A DNA stretch of 64,000 nucleotides, taken from the NCBI GenBank assembly GCA_951406725.2, contig OX597817.1, forward strand, positions 104,718,001-104,782,000, given 5' to 3'. The translations under genes and the position numbers were made by a program. This DNA comes from Octopus vulgaris. Its lineage: Eukaryota. Shown here piece after piece: positions 13,528 to 26,544 of this stretch (its first letter is position 1; every line of letters starts with the position of its first letter). Under the pieces are notes generated by a model. That model worked only from the letters and a program-made list of their open reading frames with translations. It ran no database searches and was not told where the DNA came from.

Positions 13528-14173
13528 AATACACATACATATCAAAATATACATACATACATGTATATATATGTATTTATATATATATAAGTACTTAAAT
13601 ATATACATACACACACACAAACACCCACATATACACGTATGTGTGTGTATGTGAATGAGTTTTTTTTTTCTGTATTTTATTTGATATCCATGTTAATCCG
13701 ACTTCTATCTGTTAATCTCACTCAAGTAAATCCAATATAGCAGCTGGACTTGAGATTTATCTCTGGAACAGAACATAAATCATAAATAATTCCATGTTAC
13801 CAACCAGCTGGACATAAGAAAAGAATGCGTTTTGAGAGAATTGAAGGAGCTGATTCTCACCTCCTCCTCAACTGCTGCCAGTTCTCATAACAGCCTCATC
13901 TCTTATGCTTCAGGCTCAACAACAACTACAACAGCCATTCATAATTTTTTATAATCACTCACAAGCATAATGGTTAAGAAGCTTGTTTCCCAACCATATA
14001 ACCTCAGGTCCTGTCTCACTGTGTGACATCTTGAGCAAGTGTCATCTGTTATAGCCCCAGGTCAATCAAGGCCTGGTTAGTAGATTTTGTAATCAGAAAC
14101 TGAAAGAGGCCCACTGTGTGAGTGTGGTGGTGTGTATGTGCATGTGTGTGTGTGCATGTGTGTGTGCATGTGC

Positions 14174-14208
<35 letters not shown>

Positions 14209-14399
14209 TGTCTGTGTGTCTGTGTGTGTGTGGTGAAGGCACATGGCTTATTGGTTAGTATATTTGGCTCACAATCATAAGGTCATGAGTTCAATTCCTG
14301 GTGGCATGTTGTCCTTAAGCAAGAATCTTTATGTCACATTGCCCCAGTTCATTCAGCTGGCAAAAATGAGTAGTACCAGTATTTCAAATGGCCAGCCTT

Positions 14400-14545
14400 G
14401 TCACTTTCTTGATCCCTGTCAGCAGCTTCTAGCTCTTTTCAAACTTTGATAATGAATGATCAGGCAACTTTTGGGAAGCGAGCTATCTCTCTATCACAAT
14501 GTTGCACTTTTAAGGCAATGATTACAGCATGTCTTTTCATTTGCA
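14400..14545 (-). mobile_element. Tc1-like transposase N-terminal (HTH) fragment
   Basis: Minus-strand translation MKRHAVIIALKVQHCDREIARFPKVA*SFIIKV*KELEAAD. Confidence 0.5.
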
Positions 14546-16109
14546 GAATCAACCTGATGTCTGAAATGATTTATCTGAAAAGAAAGGTAAAATAAATAAG
14601 AAAAAATTTTGAGCTCTTGAAAGAAGTGTCATCAAAGAACTGACAAAACCTGTACACTAACTGGACCTCTGGATATTCTATGAAGTAAGCAATCTCTACA
14701 ACATTCTTATTACATTTTATATTTGAAAAAATAATATCTGGTGTAATGAAATCAATTGCATGAAAAGCATTGTTTCACCACAGAGCAACATGGGAAATGC
14801 AACAATAACTTCTGGTGTGTGCATTACTTTACAGTAAATTCTTTTACTAGATTTTTGGTGAAAATTTGTTCATGATGAAGTTTTACTGTAGTTAGATCAA
14901 TTTCTGTTCAAGCATCATCTCTCTCATTAACGGTTGTTTGCAATCTGAGTGATTCAAATGAAAGCAACAATTGACTTGGTTCATTAAATATGAATACAAT
15001 AATTTAATATTAAAATATATGTGATTTTCTTATACCCACTCCCACATACCCCACCTCTACCCACACCCCACCCTCACCTTCCCCACATCCCAACACCACC
15101 ACACACCACCACACCACACCACACACTACCACACCACACAACACCATACCACACAACACCACATCACATCAGACTACCATGCACACACTAGCACTGACCA
15201 CTCCCTATATGAATTCTCCCTATATACATTCATTTAAACACATTACTTATAATAATTGTAAAGCAAATATGAATATATGGTACAGATGCTAAATATAAAT
15301 ATATGGTACAGATATGGTACAGATATGGTACAGATGCACTAAAACCAGAAATGGGGATATGTCACAATAATTCATTAAAGTCATCCAAGGAAAGCCACAA
15401 GTATAAAAGTTAGATGGAAAAACAGAAAAACACGAGCAAAGTAACAATTCATAAATGCAATAACTTACAATATAAAGTTTTTACAATATAAAGTTTTCCT
15501 TAGCTCTTTGACATTCAAATGTAATGTTTATTTTTCACATCATTTTGAATTAATCATACATTATTTTGTAGCTTTGAGACTTCAATGATGTGATTGTTTA
15601 TTTTTAGAATGACATTGTAGGATAGATGTGAGAGGCTGGATCTGGTCAGTTTGAACATAAAAGTGATGGAATATTTGTGCCAGATATGGCTGTTTTGAAT
15701 ACTAAAAGGTTTAAGTTCATTTAATGTTAATTAAATAGCTTCTCTCTATATGTTTTGCATTGATAGGCCTTTACTGCTAATTCATGTGGTATCTTGATCC
15801 AAGCAAGATCAGTGGCGAACAGGCAGAGTGTAACACACCAGCTAACTTATTAATAGAGTAACAAGAAGAATTATATGATGTACGATGGGCTTCTTTCAGC
15901 TTCTGTCTACCAAATCTACTCAAAAGCAGGCTTTGGTCAGCCTGGGGTTATAGTTGAAGACGCTTACCTGAGGTACTATGCAGTGAGACTGAATCCAAAG
16001 TCATGTGGTCGGGCAACAAACTTCTTATGACAGATTCACACCTGCACCTTACATCCTTATATCTTATGTGTGTGTGCATGCGCGCATGCATATATATGTA
16101 TATATATAT

Positions 16110-16710
16110 ATTACACTTCTCCCTCTCCTTCTTTGTTGTCCTCTTTCTCCTACTCCCCACTATCTTTCATTCCTTCTCCCTTCTCTTTACTCCCTTTGTT
16201 TCTTTCCTTCATCCTCTCTTCCCCTCTGCCTGTTGCCCACACTTGACTACAGGCCATTTCTCTTGCCCCTGTCTTTTCGGGACAAGACGTCCACTGGGCT
16301 AGATGTCATTTCTCTTGCCTCCCAACATTTTTTTCTTTTCTACTATTTTCTCCTCTTCTATTTATGTTATTTCCTTTAAAAATTTCTCCCAGGTGTTACC
16401 CATTATAATTTGTCTTGGCCTAACATTCCATAATGTTTGTCTTTGTCGATTGTTTACCTTGTACATCCCATCTGTTGTTTGTTCGTTGGAAGCCCTAACT
16501 CTCCACAAATTTTATATTTTAAAAGTTTCTGGAGGCTGCTGTCTTATAAAGTTTTCCTATCTTGTCATTATAAGCACGAAATAGGAAGTAGTAAAAAAGT
16601 TGACAACTGAGGAGGAATTAGACATCTTTTGGTATTTTCTTCTGTACTTATCTCTATGTGTTTACATATTTTTTACTCGTTCGTGATATCTTGTACTTAA
16701 TGTGTATTTT
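16110..16710 (+). mobile_element. (TA)n-flanked non-coding dispersed element, related to 59160-59820 (-)
   Basis: Bounded by TA tracts, with a pyrimidine-rich body. Its motif gcacgaaataggaagtag...gacaactgaggagg aligns with the reverse complement of 59275-59320. Confidence 0.5.
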
Positions 16711-18179
16711 ATATATATATATATATAATTGCAGCATGGAAGATGTTTGTAAGCCATTCAAGAACACACAAAGACCGTTAGTTTCACTTCAACATTTAAA
16801 TTTATTCGTATGTTCTTCAATGGCTTACAAACATCTTCCACGCTGCAATTGGTTTTGTTTTGAGCGCATGATCTCAAATCAAGTCACTTGCTACGAAAGT
16901 ACATCTCTTATACACACGTATGCACGCACATCATTGTCATCATTGTCATCATCATCATCACCATTATCATCATCATCATTGCCATTTAACATCTGTTTTC
17001 CATGCTGCCTGCTTAGACATGGCTTCTATAGCTGGATTCCCTTCTTAATGCCAACCACTTTACAAAGTGTACTGGGTGGTGCTTTCTATGTGGCACCAGC
17101 ACCAGTGAGATCATCAAATAACTCATAAAAGAAGACCCCTCAACTGAGGGTGTGTAGTATTGAAAGAAGTGGTTTTATGCCAGTTGACAGTAAGTTAAAA
17201 TATGATAGAGAGACATGTACAGGTGTCATGCTGCTCATGGTATGTAAATAATTTATTAAGCTATTTCTTTTCAAAGATTCATTAAAATTATTTCTCTTTG
17301 ATAATACAAAAGGCCCATGTTTATTTATAAGGGAAGAGAATGGAATGTTGTAATGTTTGTTAATTTTTTTTTTCCATACATACATCAGTAACAAAAGTGA
17401 GGTCAAATGGATTTAACAAAGAGTCAAACAGGATCATGGACTTAATTTTATTAATAAATTACTGGTGCATTAAATATGTTTTCTTTCAGCTACACAGTAC
17501 TACTCTATCTATAAATGTTAGACAAAAGACTATTGAATATATATATGGAAATGAACACCTTCTCTTTATATACTATATCTTCATAGACAGAAAAAGAGGA
17601 ATCAGCCAGACTTATTTGCAGTCTGTGTTGGGATTTCATCTATGACCAAGTATTCTCTTAAACTGATTATAGAGATGCAGCTTGTAAGCTCACAATTACT
17701 ACAGGCTAAAGCAAACAGCAAAGACCAATTTGCATATATCATGCATTTTGGGGAAGTAATTTGATTAATAAATTACTATTGCGTTAACAGTGTTTTGGTG
17801 TAATGCTATACTATAATATGGAATATATCCTTTGATCTATCTTAATTATTTCAGCCCATGTTAGTCTATGAAGTTTTAAGCAGTGTCTCCATGAACAATT
17901 AAAGAAGGGTATTCAGTCACTAATGAAATCCTAACATAGATTTGAAGTTAATTTGGTTGATCCTCGATTCTGTTTATGAAGATAATGTATATAGAGACAT
18001 GATGTATACATTTGCTTATTATTTGTCTGTTGTATTAACATACACTGCTAGCTAAAATCTCTTTAGACATATTATGTAATGCAGTATATCATAACTTAGT
18101 GTTACAATTTTTACCATTTACTTCGCAAAATTTCTGTAAAAACATGGATAATATTGATATAAAATATATATTGAAACCT

Positions 18180-18395
18180 TTTACCTTTTATCTTTTACTT
18201 CTTTCAGACAGAATGGGCCATGCTGGGGCACCACTTTGAAGAATTTTAGTCAAATGAATCAACCCCTGTACTTATTTCTTTAAGCCTAATACTTATTCTA
18301 TTGGTGTCTTTTGCCAAACTGCTAAGTTATGGGGATGAAAATACACCAACATCGGTTGTCAAGTGATGGTGGGATTATAAATACAAAGACAAAGA

Positions 18396-18444
<49 letters not shown>

Positions 18445-18580
18445 CAGGCTCCACCAAATCCACTTACAAGGTTTCAGTCAGCCTGAAGCTATAGTAGAAA
18501 CACTTGCCCAAGGTGCCATGCAGTGGGATTAAACCTGGAACCATGCGGCTGGAACCAAGTTTCTTACCACACAACCACAC
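18180..18580 (-). mobile_element. SINE, dominant family
   Basis: Same tail, body and head as 10421-10844. Confidence 0.8.
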
Positions 18581-19221
18581 ATATACATTTGTTTATTGTT
18601 GTTAGTTAAAATGTCTTTAGAAATATTATGTAATGCAGTATATCATAATAACTTAGCATTACAATGTTTAACATTTATTCTGCATTGCCTATGTGGAAAA
18701 TATTGATATAACAAATATTGAAATGAGTTTAAAAAGTAAAATGAAGTCTGTAATAATAGCCTTTGGTTTGATTCTGTTCTGAATATTGATAAATGTCAAT
18801 TGTAAAAACTTTCTGGGTGTTGTTTTCCTGTAAGAATTACATAAAGTAATAGATGATACCTCCAATATTTCTTCTAGAGCTGACCAAAGTAGATATTATC
18901 TGTTCTCTCTAGGCTATGATGGCATTTAGTTAATGGACTTCACTACCAATGAAAGCTTTTTCTCAGATTTAGCCAAGAGATTTGAAAAGCTGAGTAAGTC
19001 TCAAGAGTACCTTGGCTATCCTCATAGACTGAAAAGTTATGCAATCAAATGTATCTTATATAGAACACATTTGGGTTAACACTGTTAAGAGAGATTTTGT
19101 TCTCAAGGTCATTATACTTCATCTTAACAGAATATTTGAATTGCTGTGTACAAACATTCTCTTAGTAATTACTAGTTTTCTTTCTCCTTTCTAAGGATAG
19201 ACATTAGCTGACAACCCCCAC

Positions 19222-19440
19222 GAAGAAGAAGAAGAAGAAGAAGAAGAAGAAGAAGAAGAAGAAGAAGAAGAAATAGAAGAAGAAGAAGAAGAAGAAGAAG
19301 AAGAAGAAGAAGAAGAAATAGAAGAAGAAGAAGAAGAAGAAGAAGAAGAAGAAGAAGAAGAAGAAGAAGAAGAAGAAGAAGAAGAAGAAGAAGAAGAAGA
19401 AGAAGAAGAAGAAGAAGAAGAAGAAGAAGAAGAAGAAGAA
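19222..19440. repeat. (GAA)n microsatellite of about 73 units; a (TAG)n tract follows near 19500-19563
   Basis: Direct reading; source of the poly-Ser ORF. Confidence 0.97.
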
Positions 19441-19875
19441 GACGACGACGACTTTATATCTGGTGTGTTATATATATCTGGTGTGTTATATATCTGTGGT
19501 AGTAGTGGTGGTGGTAGTAGTAGTAGTAATAATCGTAGTAGTAGTAGTAGTAGTAGTAGTAGTATAAAAATTAGTTTCAAACATAACATTCTTCAGTAAA
19601 AGATAGCTTGGTATAAAAAACTGACTTTCTGCGGTTAAAGGTAATGAAATTTTGAGTGGATACATCTCATTTCTGCAGTAACAGAGCCAAGGTTTATGCT
19701 TGAGTAGTTTTCTCTTTCACTCTATGGTTTCTATTATTGTTTTGTTTGCTCATCTATCTTCTCTAGTTGTTCTCAATGCCAAGTAGGTTGATAGGATGCA
19801 TGTGATGCTAACAAACACACTAAAGCTTGACTGAATTTCTATATATTTTATTTACCACAGCAATGTATTTACATA

Positions 19876-20206
19876 TTCTTTTATTCTTCTACTTGTTTCA
19901 GCCATTTGACTGCAACCATACTGGAGCACTGCCTTTAGTCGAACAAATCGACCCCAGGACTTATTCTTTATAAGCCTAGTACTTATTCTATCAGTCCCTT
20001 TTTCCAAACGGGGACATAAACACACCAACAATGGTTGCCAATGGTGGGGTGACAAACACAGACATACAAATACACACACACACACGATGGGCTTCTTTCA
20101 GTTTCCGTCAACCAAATCCACTCACAAGGCTCTGGTCAGCCTGAAGCTATGGTAGAACACTGCCCAAGGTGCCACGCAGTGGGACTGAACCTGGAACCAT
20201 GTGGTT
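19876..20206 (-). mobile_element. SINE, dominant family
   Basis: Aligns with 10421-10844; the extreme 5' end is missing. Confidence 0.8.
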
Positions 20207-20539
20207 TGTTTGCTCATTTCTGATTTTTTACTATAACTGATTCAATTCATTAAAGAAAATTGGTATTATTCCCACCAAAAATTTTATTATATAAAGATCA
20301 TACCTTTGAGAGACTATCATATGGAGTAAAAGCAACATGGCCAGTGTAAAGCTGGGATAGCTCCAGTCTAAGTTGAATTTTCTCACCTGTTGGCCCAGAA
20401 GGTTTTACGGTCCATTTAGCAGGAAAACTTGCATACTTATTTTGGAAGTTGGTGCCTCAGCGAGTGCTGATTGGTCAAACCATATTTTCATATGGCAGCT
20501 CTTTTACCTCTATTAGCTTTATTGAAAATTTGATACAGA

Positions 20540-20990
20540 TGTACATAGATTTATGTGTTTCTTTGTTGTAGTTTAATTTTAAAGTTAGTATTTAATCCTG
20601 CCTATATTTAGATTGAATGAATGTGGTTATTAAGCATTTACATTTAGTATACTATGGAAGACTGTAGGGAATAAAATGTATGACTTAAAGGTTTGGTCAC
20701 TGTTTAGTTACATATTTAGGAGTTGGTTATTGATTTACTTATTGAATTTATTTACCAATACTGTTGTACTTAGAATAAATGTGTTTGAAAGTTGAGGTTT
20801 CTTTGGTATGTTTGTTCCGAAACTACACTTATTTTCTTGCTGTTGACACTGCCGGATTGAATGGTACTGCCCAGGTATTGAAACCATAATGATATCTATG
20901 GGGCAGCTGATGATGGAGGTATGTTGGATTGTTGGTATGGTTATTTTTGTACATGTGGAATAGTGTTATAATACATCCTTTTGATAAATA
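20540..20990 (-). mobile_element. Penelope-like ORF fragment, second copy
   Basis: Aligns with 3190-3610 and with the reverse complement of 53930-54245. Confidence 0.45.
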
Positions 20991-21006
20991 ACATGTATGT
21001 ATATGA

Positions 21007-21392
21007 TGTAGTGTGTTGTGTGCGCGATTTGAATATAAAGGCACCTACTTTCTCTTCTTAGTGACGGAGACCCTCCAGTGGTGACTAGTCCTTCCACATA
21101 GACCCGAACACTAACGATAGCAGCTGCTAGCCCAAACCCTTAGCGACGTCCTCACACGTCTTGTCACCTGCATGACCCACGTTGGAAAGCCCCAATTGAC
21201 CGCTCCCTGCGCACACCTGACGGCTGACCCCTTCCAGTTGCCCCAGCTTCCAGTCAATGCACCTAGCTGCTGACGTCATCCCACACGCCACCCTGATCTT
21301 AAAGATCACAATCTCTCCGCTCCATGTCGTAGTCCACCATCCAACCGGGAGAGCGCCTTGCTCGTCGAGATCTTCTCAAGCTGGGCTCCTCA
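21007..21392 (-). mobile_element. 3' LTR (386 bp) of the GC-rich Gypsy element
   Basis: On the minus strand the PPT ggagagggggagaa directly precedes TGAGG (21392), and the LTR ends ...cactaCA (21007). Confidence 0.7.
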
Positions 21393-21419
21393 TTCTCCCC
21401 CTCTCCAGAATCATTGTCC

Positions 21420-23850
21420 GTCGAAGCGACAATCCTGCGAAGGTCCAAGACATGTCATGGTGTTCCATCTACAGATACGTTGTTTCTGGAATTGATTGCC
21501 GTCACCGTTCCTCTGCTCCATTGAGATGTACAGCGCGCCTTTGGTGGCTTGACCCAGACTTCCTCCCCTATTTTCACGCAAACGGGTCCCTTCTCTTCCT
21601 CATGACCCTCCGGCACTTTGCTCGGGTGCCTCCATTCATATTTGAACACAGCTCTCTGCGGCACAGATTCCTCAGCCTGTCCGGATTGGGGAGACAAGAT
21701 GTACCAAAAAACTGCTTCAAGCGGTGAAATGTGCCCTCTTTCCGCTATGGCCTTGACTGTCCAATGGTGCCTCTCCACGATCCCGTTACCGCTCGGCCTA
21801 TATGCTGCTCTGAACAAGCGTCGCACATTCCACCAATCAAGCATAACCCTCAATGCTTCCGAACAAAACGCCGCCCCGTTGTCCATCAGTAGTTCTTCCA
21901 CGGGACCTCTCTCTAAAAATATCCCGTTCAGGATCTGCGCGATCTCGTCAGCAATGCCCGATCTCAACTCCCTCCAAATGGCCAGCCGGCCTGGCCCGCA
22001 GTCGACCATGGAGAGGTACATTCGCTGACGGTAGTGTGTCACATCCACAGCTAGCCTTTTCCAGTTCTGCTCCACGGAAAGGCTTCCCTGTTCATGCCCA
22101 CACAGAGCAGGGTCGATGGACTGACACCTGTCACAGCTCCCGACCACCTTCCGGACACTTCTCCTAGTGACGTCAGCATCAATTTTCTTCGCCAGATACA
22201 GGGTCCTGTCCACACCCAGGTGATGCATAGCATGCAGTTTCTTCAGTTCAGAGTCATCCAACCGACACCCCGCAGCTATCCCTTTCCGGGCCTCCTCCGG
22301 TTCTTCCAACCACGCTCTTTTCACCCTGGTCAGTACGTCCGCCCTGTTTTTCTCCGAAGGCACGAAAACCACGTTCAGCTTCAGTCCGAACTCGGCGATC
22401 AATTCACCTAGAACTCCTAGACGGCGCTTCACTAACATCTCCGCAGCACCTTTTGTCCGCACTCTCCTGTCACCGGTGATCACCGATCCTACCCAGCCAA
22501 GCACAGTGGCTGAATCCGTCCGGATTTCAATCGTGCGCAGCCCCCATTTCAAGGCCAAGTTCACCCCTTTCAGCAGTGGTTGAAATCATCTGCTTTCCGA
22601 AGCCAGGCCGCGTCCTCCAACACAGCGCCTTCAATTGCCAACACCACCCCTATCGCTATACTGCTAGCATCACACCAAACGGTCCCGCATTCCGTCTTGG
22701 GCACGTACCAGTTCCTCCTGACCGGGTCTTCCGCTCTCATCCTCTCTAGGATTTCCTGCATCATCGCCACTGTCCCTTCTTCCACCTTGTTGCCCCACCT
22801 CTCTCCTTCTGCTCGTCTCTTGGTTTAACTACACGCCGTGCGCAGGCATCCAGCGATCGGGTAGTGACCGACCAACTTCCCACACACCGAGAACAGCTCT
22901 CTCCTGCTGACGCTGGAACTCAGCTCTGGGATTTCATTTCCTCTCCGGAACACCAATTCACCTGATCCATCTCTTTGCAGCTTCAGCCCCAGTGCGGCTC
23001 CCCCTTCAATCGACTCCAGTGGCTTAGCAATCAGTCTGAACTTCTCCAGATGTCTAACTACCTCGTCGGCTGGCACTACAGTTTCGTCCACCAAAATGTC
23101 GTCAATGTAGGAGCTGGTGGCCTTTCTAATCTTGCCGTCTTTCCCTAGGATAGACCTAAGCACTGCCGCCATGATCTTCAGAGCGGAATTCAGCCTGAAA
23201 CCCAGCCTGGTTAGACAGTACGTCCGGCCCTTGTACCGCACCAGCTGATATCGCCACAGTTTGTCGCTCACATGGAGCTGCAAGTATGCCGATCTCAAGT
23301 TGACAATTGTCGCTGCCTCAGTCGACTGTCTCCACCTACGTAATGCCTCGCCACAAACGTCTGTCGCCTCACCTCCCGTGTGACACGATATGTGCTGGTT
23401 TAGCTCCCTGAAGTCCAGCACCGGTCTGACTTTTCCCTTCATAGGCTGCACCACCGCCATCAGGGGTAGCACTCCGCCCGCTACCTCCTCCTTCCAAGGG
23501 ACAAGGACCCCTTCCTCGATCCACCTTTCCACCTCGTCTTCAAACTCGACCCTGGCGTGGCCTTTCAGGGTATGCTGGTAACAGCTCACCCTGTTTTCCA
23601 GCGTCGGGGGCTCGTCCTTCCATCGCCACTCTATCGTCCACCGCTGACCATCGAACGCCACCTGAAAGTCTTTGTCCTCGATGGTGTAAGCGGCGCAGTC
23701 CCTCACGGGGCTCTGCTCTCTCTGGTGATCCTGACACGCAGTGCACGACGCCCCCACGCTTCCGAACGTGACCTCATTTCCCACAACACTGACGCCACCG
23801 AGGCAGTTGATGGCGTCCATCCCCATCACCACATCAACTCCATCTATCAC
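21420..23850 (-). pseudogene. Ty3/Gypsy pol (end of protease, RT, RNase H, integrase), lightly disrupted and 5'-truncated
   Basis: ORF 22825-23850 has VLDFRELN and YIDDIL; 22570-22785 has WCDASSIAIG; 21455-22564 has HAMHHLG..CDRC, AVDVTH, MDNG and GIVER. One in-frame stop and one frameshift separate the ORFs. Confidence 0.95.
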
Positions 23851-23994
23851 TCTGTTGAGTTTTTGCTACAAGATCAACACTGTTTTTATTTTTTTATTTT
23901 TGATAGAAATCACCGATGATTATTAATTTTTAGTAGTGATTACACTGTGTAATATGACTTTTGTGCTTGAGTAGCAACTGTTACTTCCTATTTG

Positions 23995-24215
23995 CTTACC
24001 TCTAGAAACTATGAAAAATGGCAAATATTTCTTTCAAACTTTGCTTTTGTTACATTTATTCAAACCCCAAAGAATCCTTCTCAGCACACACTACTTTTGC
24101 TCTTCATCAAAGATGCACTTATCGTCAGCCACTAAGTGACATACTGAAGTGGTTATGGTCAAGCAACTGACAAGGAAATCTGTGGTACTGAGCAGACTAT
24201 TTGCTATAATGATAT
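23995..24215. repeat. Unclassified dispersed repeat; second copy near 43075-43232
   Basis: Shared ctagaaa...aaatggc...ttcaaactttgcttttgttaca...caaacccc..agaatcc...agatgcac..at.gtcagcca. Confidence 0.7.
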
Positions 24216-24684
24216 TTCTGTTTCAGCATTCAGCGCTGAATCTGTCTGAAATGTAATGGAAAATAGATTAGTTTCAAAACATTGATGTCCAAGCCACAAA
24301 AGCAAAGTTTGAAAAGAATAATAGTCATTTCCTTTGATTTCTAGTTAGAAGCAAACAGGAAATAACACTTACTGACCAAAGACAAAAACAATAAATAAAT
24401 AAAATAATTTTTTTTTTAATAAAAATTTTAAGTGTTTTCAATAGTTTTATTTTTGGTTGAGATCAACAGTTGTTTTTGCTGAAATGATTAATAGTTTTTA
24501 AAGGTGCATGTTTGTGAAATATTACAGATTAAAATGATTTATTTTTAAATATGCATATCAAAAGGGATAATAAATTTTCAAATTCTTTCAAATTAAATCT
24601 TATATAATAACATTAAGTTTAAACTGCAATAGCAAATTAGAGAATATTATTAGAAGTAGGTTTTTAATAACTTGTTTTTGCATC

Positions 24685-24955
24685 AATTGTACAGGGTGGA
24701 AGGGTGTTGCAGTACAGAGGGAGGTGTGGCAACACTGCATCCAGATCAGTGCAACTTTGAGAAAACCAGAGCCACGGCAGTGGAAGGGAAAAGTCATCAT
24801 CACAACCTCCATCTGATCAAAGCCTACATATTTGCCCCAATAGTACCAGAGCTTGTCATTCAAGGATCAGTTTACTAAACTACCCAAGGGCTTGCCACTC
24901 TTCATTGAGATTTTTGGATACAAAGAACTGCTGCCGTCCTCATCATCATCATCAC
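24685..24955 (+). mobile_element. RTE-type LINE 3' end fragment
   Basis: Degenerate C-terminal zinc-finger-like ICPNSTRACHSRISLLNYPRACH followed by a (CAT)n tail. Confidence 0.45.
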
Positions 24956-25098
24956 TTACAATTTTCGTATTAACAGTACTATAATTCACTGTACTTCTTT
25001 ATATCAGTATTTATCATATTTCTTGCTAAAATACCAGCTTTTGATACAAAAAATTTCAGTGTAGTGCCCCAGCATGGTTACTGTCCAATAACTGAAAT

Positions 25099-25180
<82 letters not shown>

Positions 25181-25231
25181 GCGTGCATGCATGCGTGTGT
25201 GTGTGAACTCTCTTTGAACAGGATTGACATA

Positions 25232-26516
25232 CAAGGATGGACTGAACAGTTCATAGGCTGACTAAGGAGTGACACTACAGCTGTGAAATTTTGCATGCAT
25301 TCATTTCAATGCATCTTATTAATAACTGTATTCTTCCTTTCTAAGTAAACTTTCAAGATCTGACTGTTCAAAAAAGACTTCAAAAGTAACTAGCAGCAAC
25401 TTCTCTTGAAAATGGACAAAATTTGGCATCATAGTGTTATCAAATATTTGCAGAAAAAAGATCTATTCCCCAAAGACATTCATGCTGACATGGTTGCTAT
25501 ATTAGGGGATGACACTCCAGCTTCATCAATAGTGCAAAAGTGGGCAACTGAATTTAGGAGAGGAGAGGAGAGTTTTAAAGACCACCCAAGGTCTGAACAT
25601 CCTGCAACAGCCACCACTGAAGAAAACATTGATCATGTTCACCACATGGTGATGGATGACAGGCAATTAACTATAAATCAAATATTCAATGCTATTAGTA
25701 TATTCAGCAAGAGAGTTGAGAATATTCTGCACACTGCACTTGGCATAATGAAGATATCTGCTTGGTGGGTGCCATGTCTTCTGACACCTGATCAAAAGTG
25801 CACCAAGCTGATCACATCACAGGAAAATCTGTCATTGTTTGAAGCAAATCCAGGTGGTTTCCTTGAACGTTTCCTAACCCAGGATGAGTTGGCTTCATCA
25901 CTATGAGTCAGAGACAAAGAGACAATCCATGCAGTGGAAACACCCCTCCTTACCTGCTTCAAAGAAGGCCAAGATCGTTTCATCTGCAGGGGAGGTGATG
26001 GCCTCCGTTATTTGGATGCAAAAGGCATTGTGTTCATTGAGTATCTTCGAAAGGGCTACATCATTAAGGAGAATACTATGCCAACTTACTGATGCAGTTA
26101 TGAAAGGCTGTCAAGACCAAACATCCAAGAAAGCTACGAAAGGGGTCTTGTTTGTCCAGGACAATGCTCCAGCTTACAAATCCTTGGTTTCAATGGCTGC
26201 TGTGCATGACTGGCTTTGAACTGGTTGATCAGCCTCCCTATTCTCATGATTTGGCCCCATCTGGCTATCATCTGTTCCTGAACATGAAAAAACACTTGAC
26301 TGGAGGCCAGTATCACAGTGATGATGTCACATCTGCCATTGACAACTTTTTTGACCAACAAGATGAGAGCTTCTTTACCAATGCAATCCAAGCACTGTGA
26401 CACTGATGGAAGAAGTGTATGGACTGCAAGGGGGACTATGTTGAAAAATTACTCTCATTTGGGCATATTCCATAAGAGTATCTTGATCAGCCTATGAACT
26501 TTTCAGCTGACCCTAG
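25232..26516 (+). mobile_element. Full-length (1285 bp) mariner relic with TIRs and TA flanks; transposase inactivated
   Basis: TIRs caaggatggactgaacagttcataggctgactaag and cttgatcagcctatgaacttttcagctgaccctag, with TA on both sides. Motifs WVPCLLT, TQDE, QDNAPAY and YSHDLAPSGYHLF are spread over frameshifted ORFs 25406-26400. Confidence 0.93.
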
Positions 26517-26544
26517 TAGGCAAATAATGGAAATTGTTGTTGTT

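Noticed and set aside
14547-14586. AG/GT-bounded exon-like segment on the + strand
   Set aside because: It lies in the 5' leader of a minus-strand Tc1-like transposase fragment.
19191-19589. Signal-peptide-like, poly-Ser 132-aa ORF
   Set aside because: It is a translation of the (TAG)n and (GAA)n microsatellites.
21257-23926. Several + strand ORFs of 60-156 aa
   Set aside because: They are antisense shadows of the GC-rich Gypsy pol.
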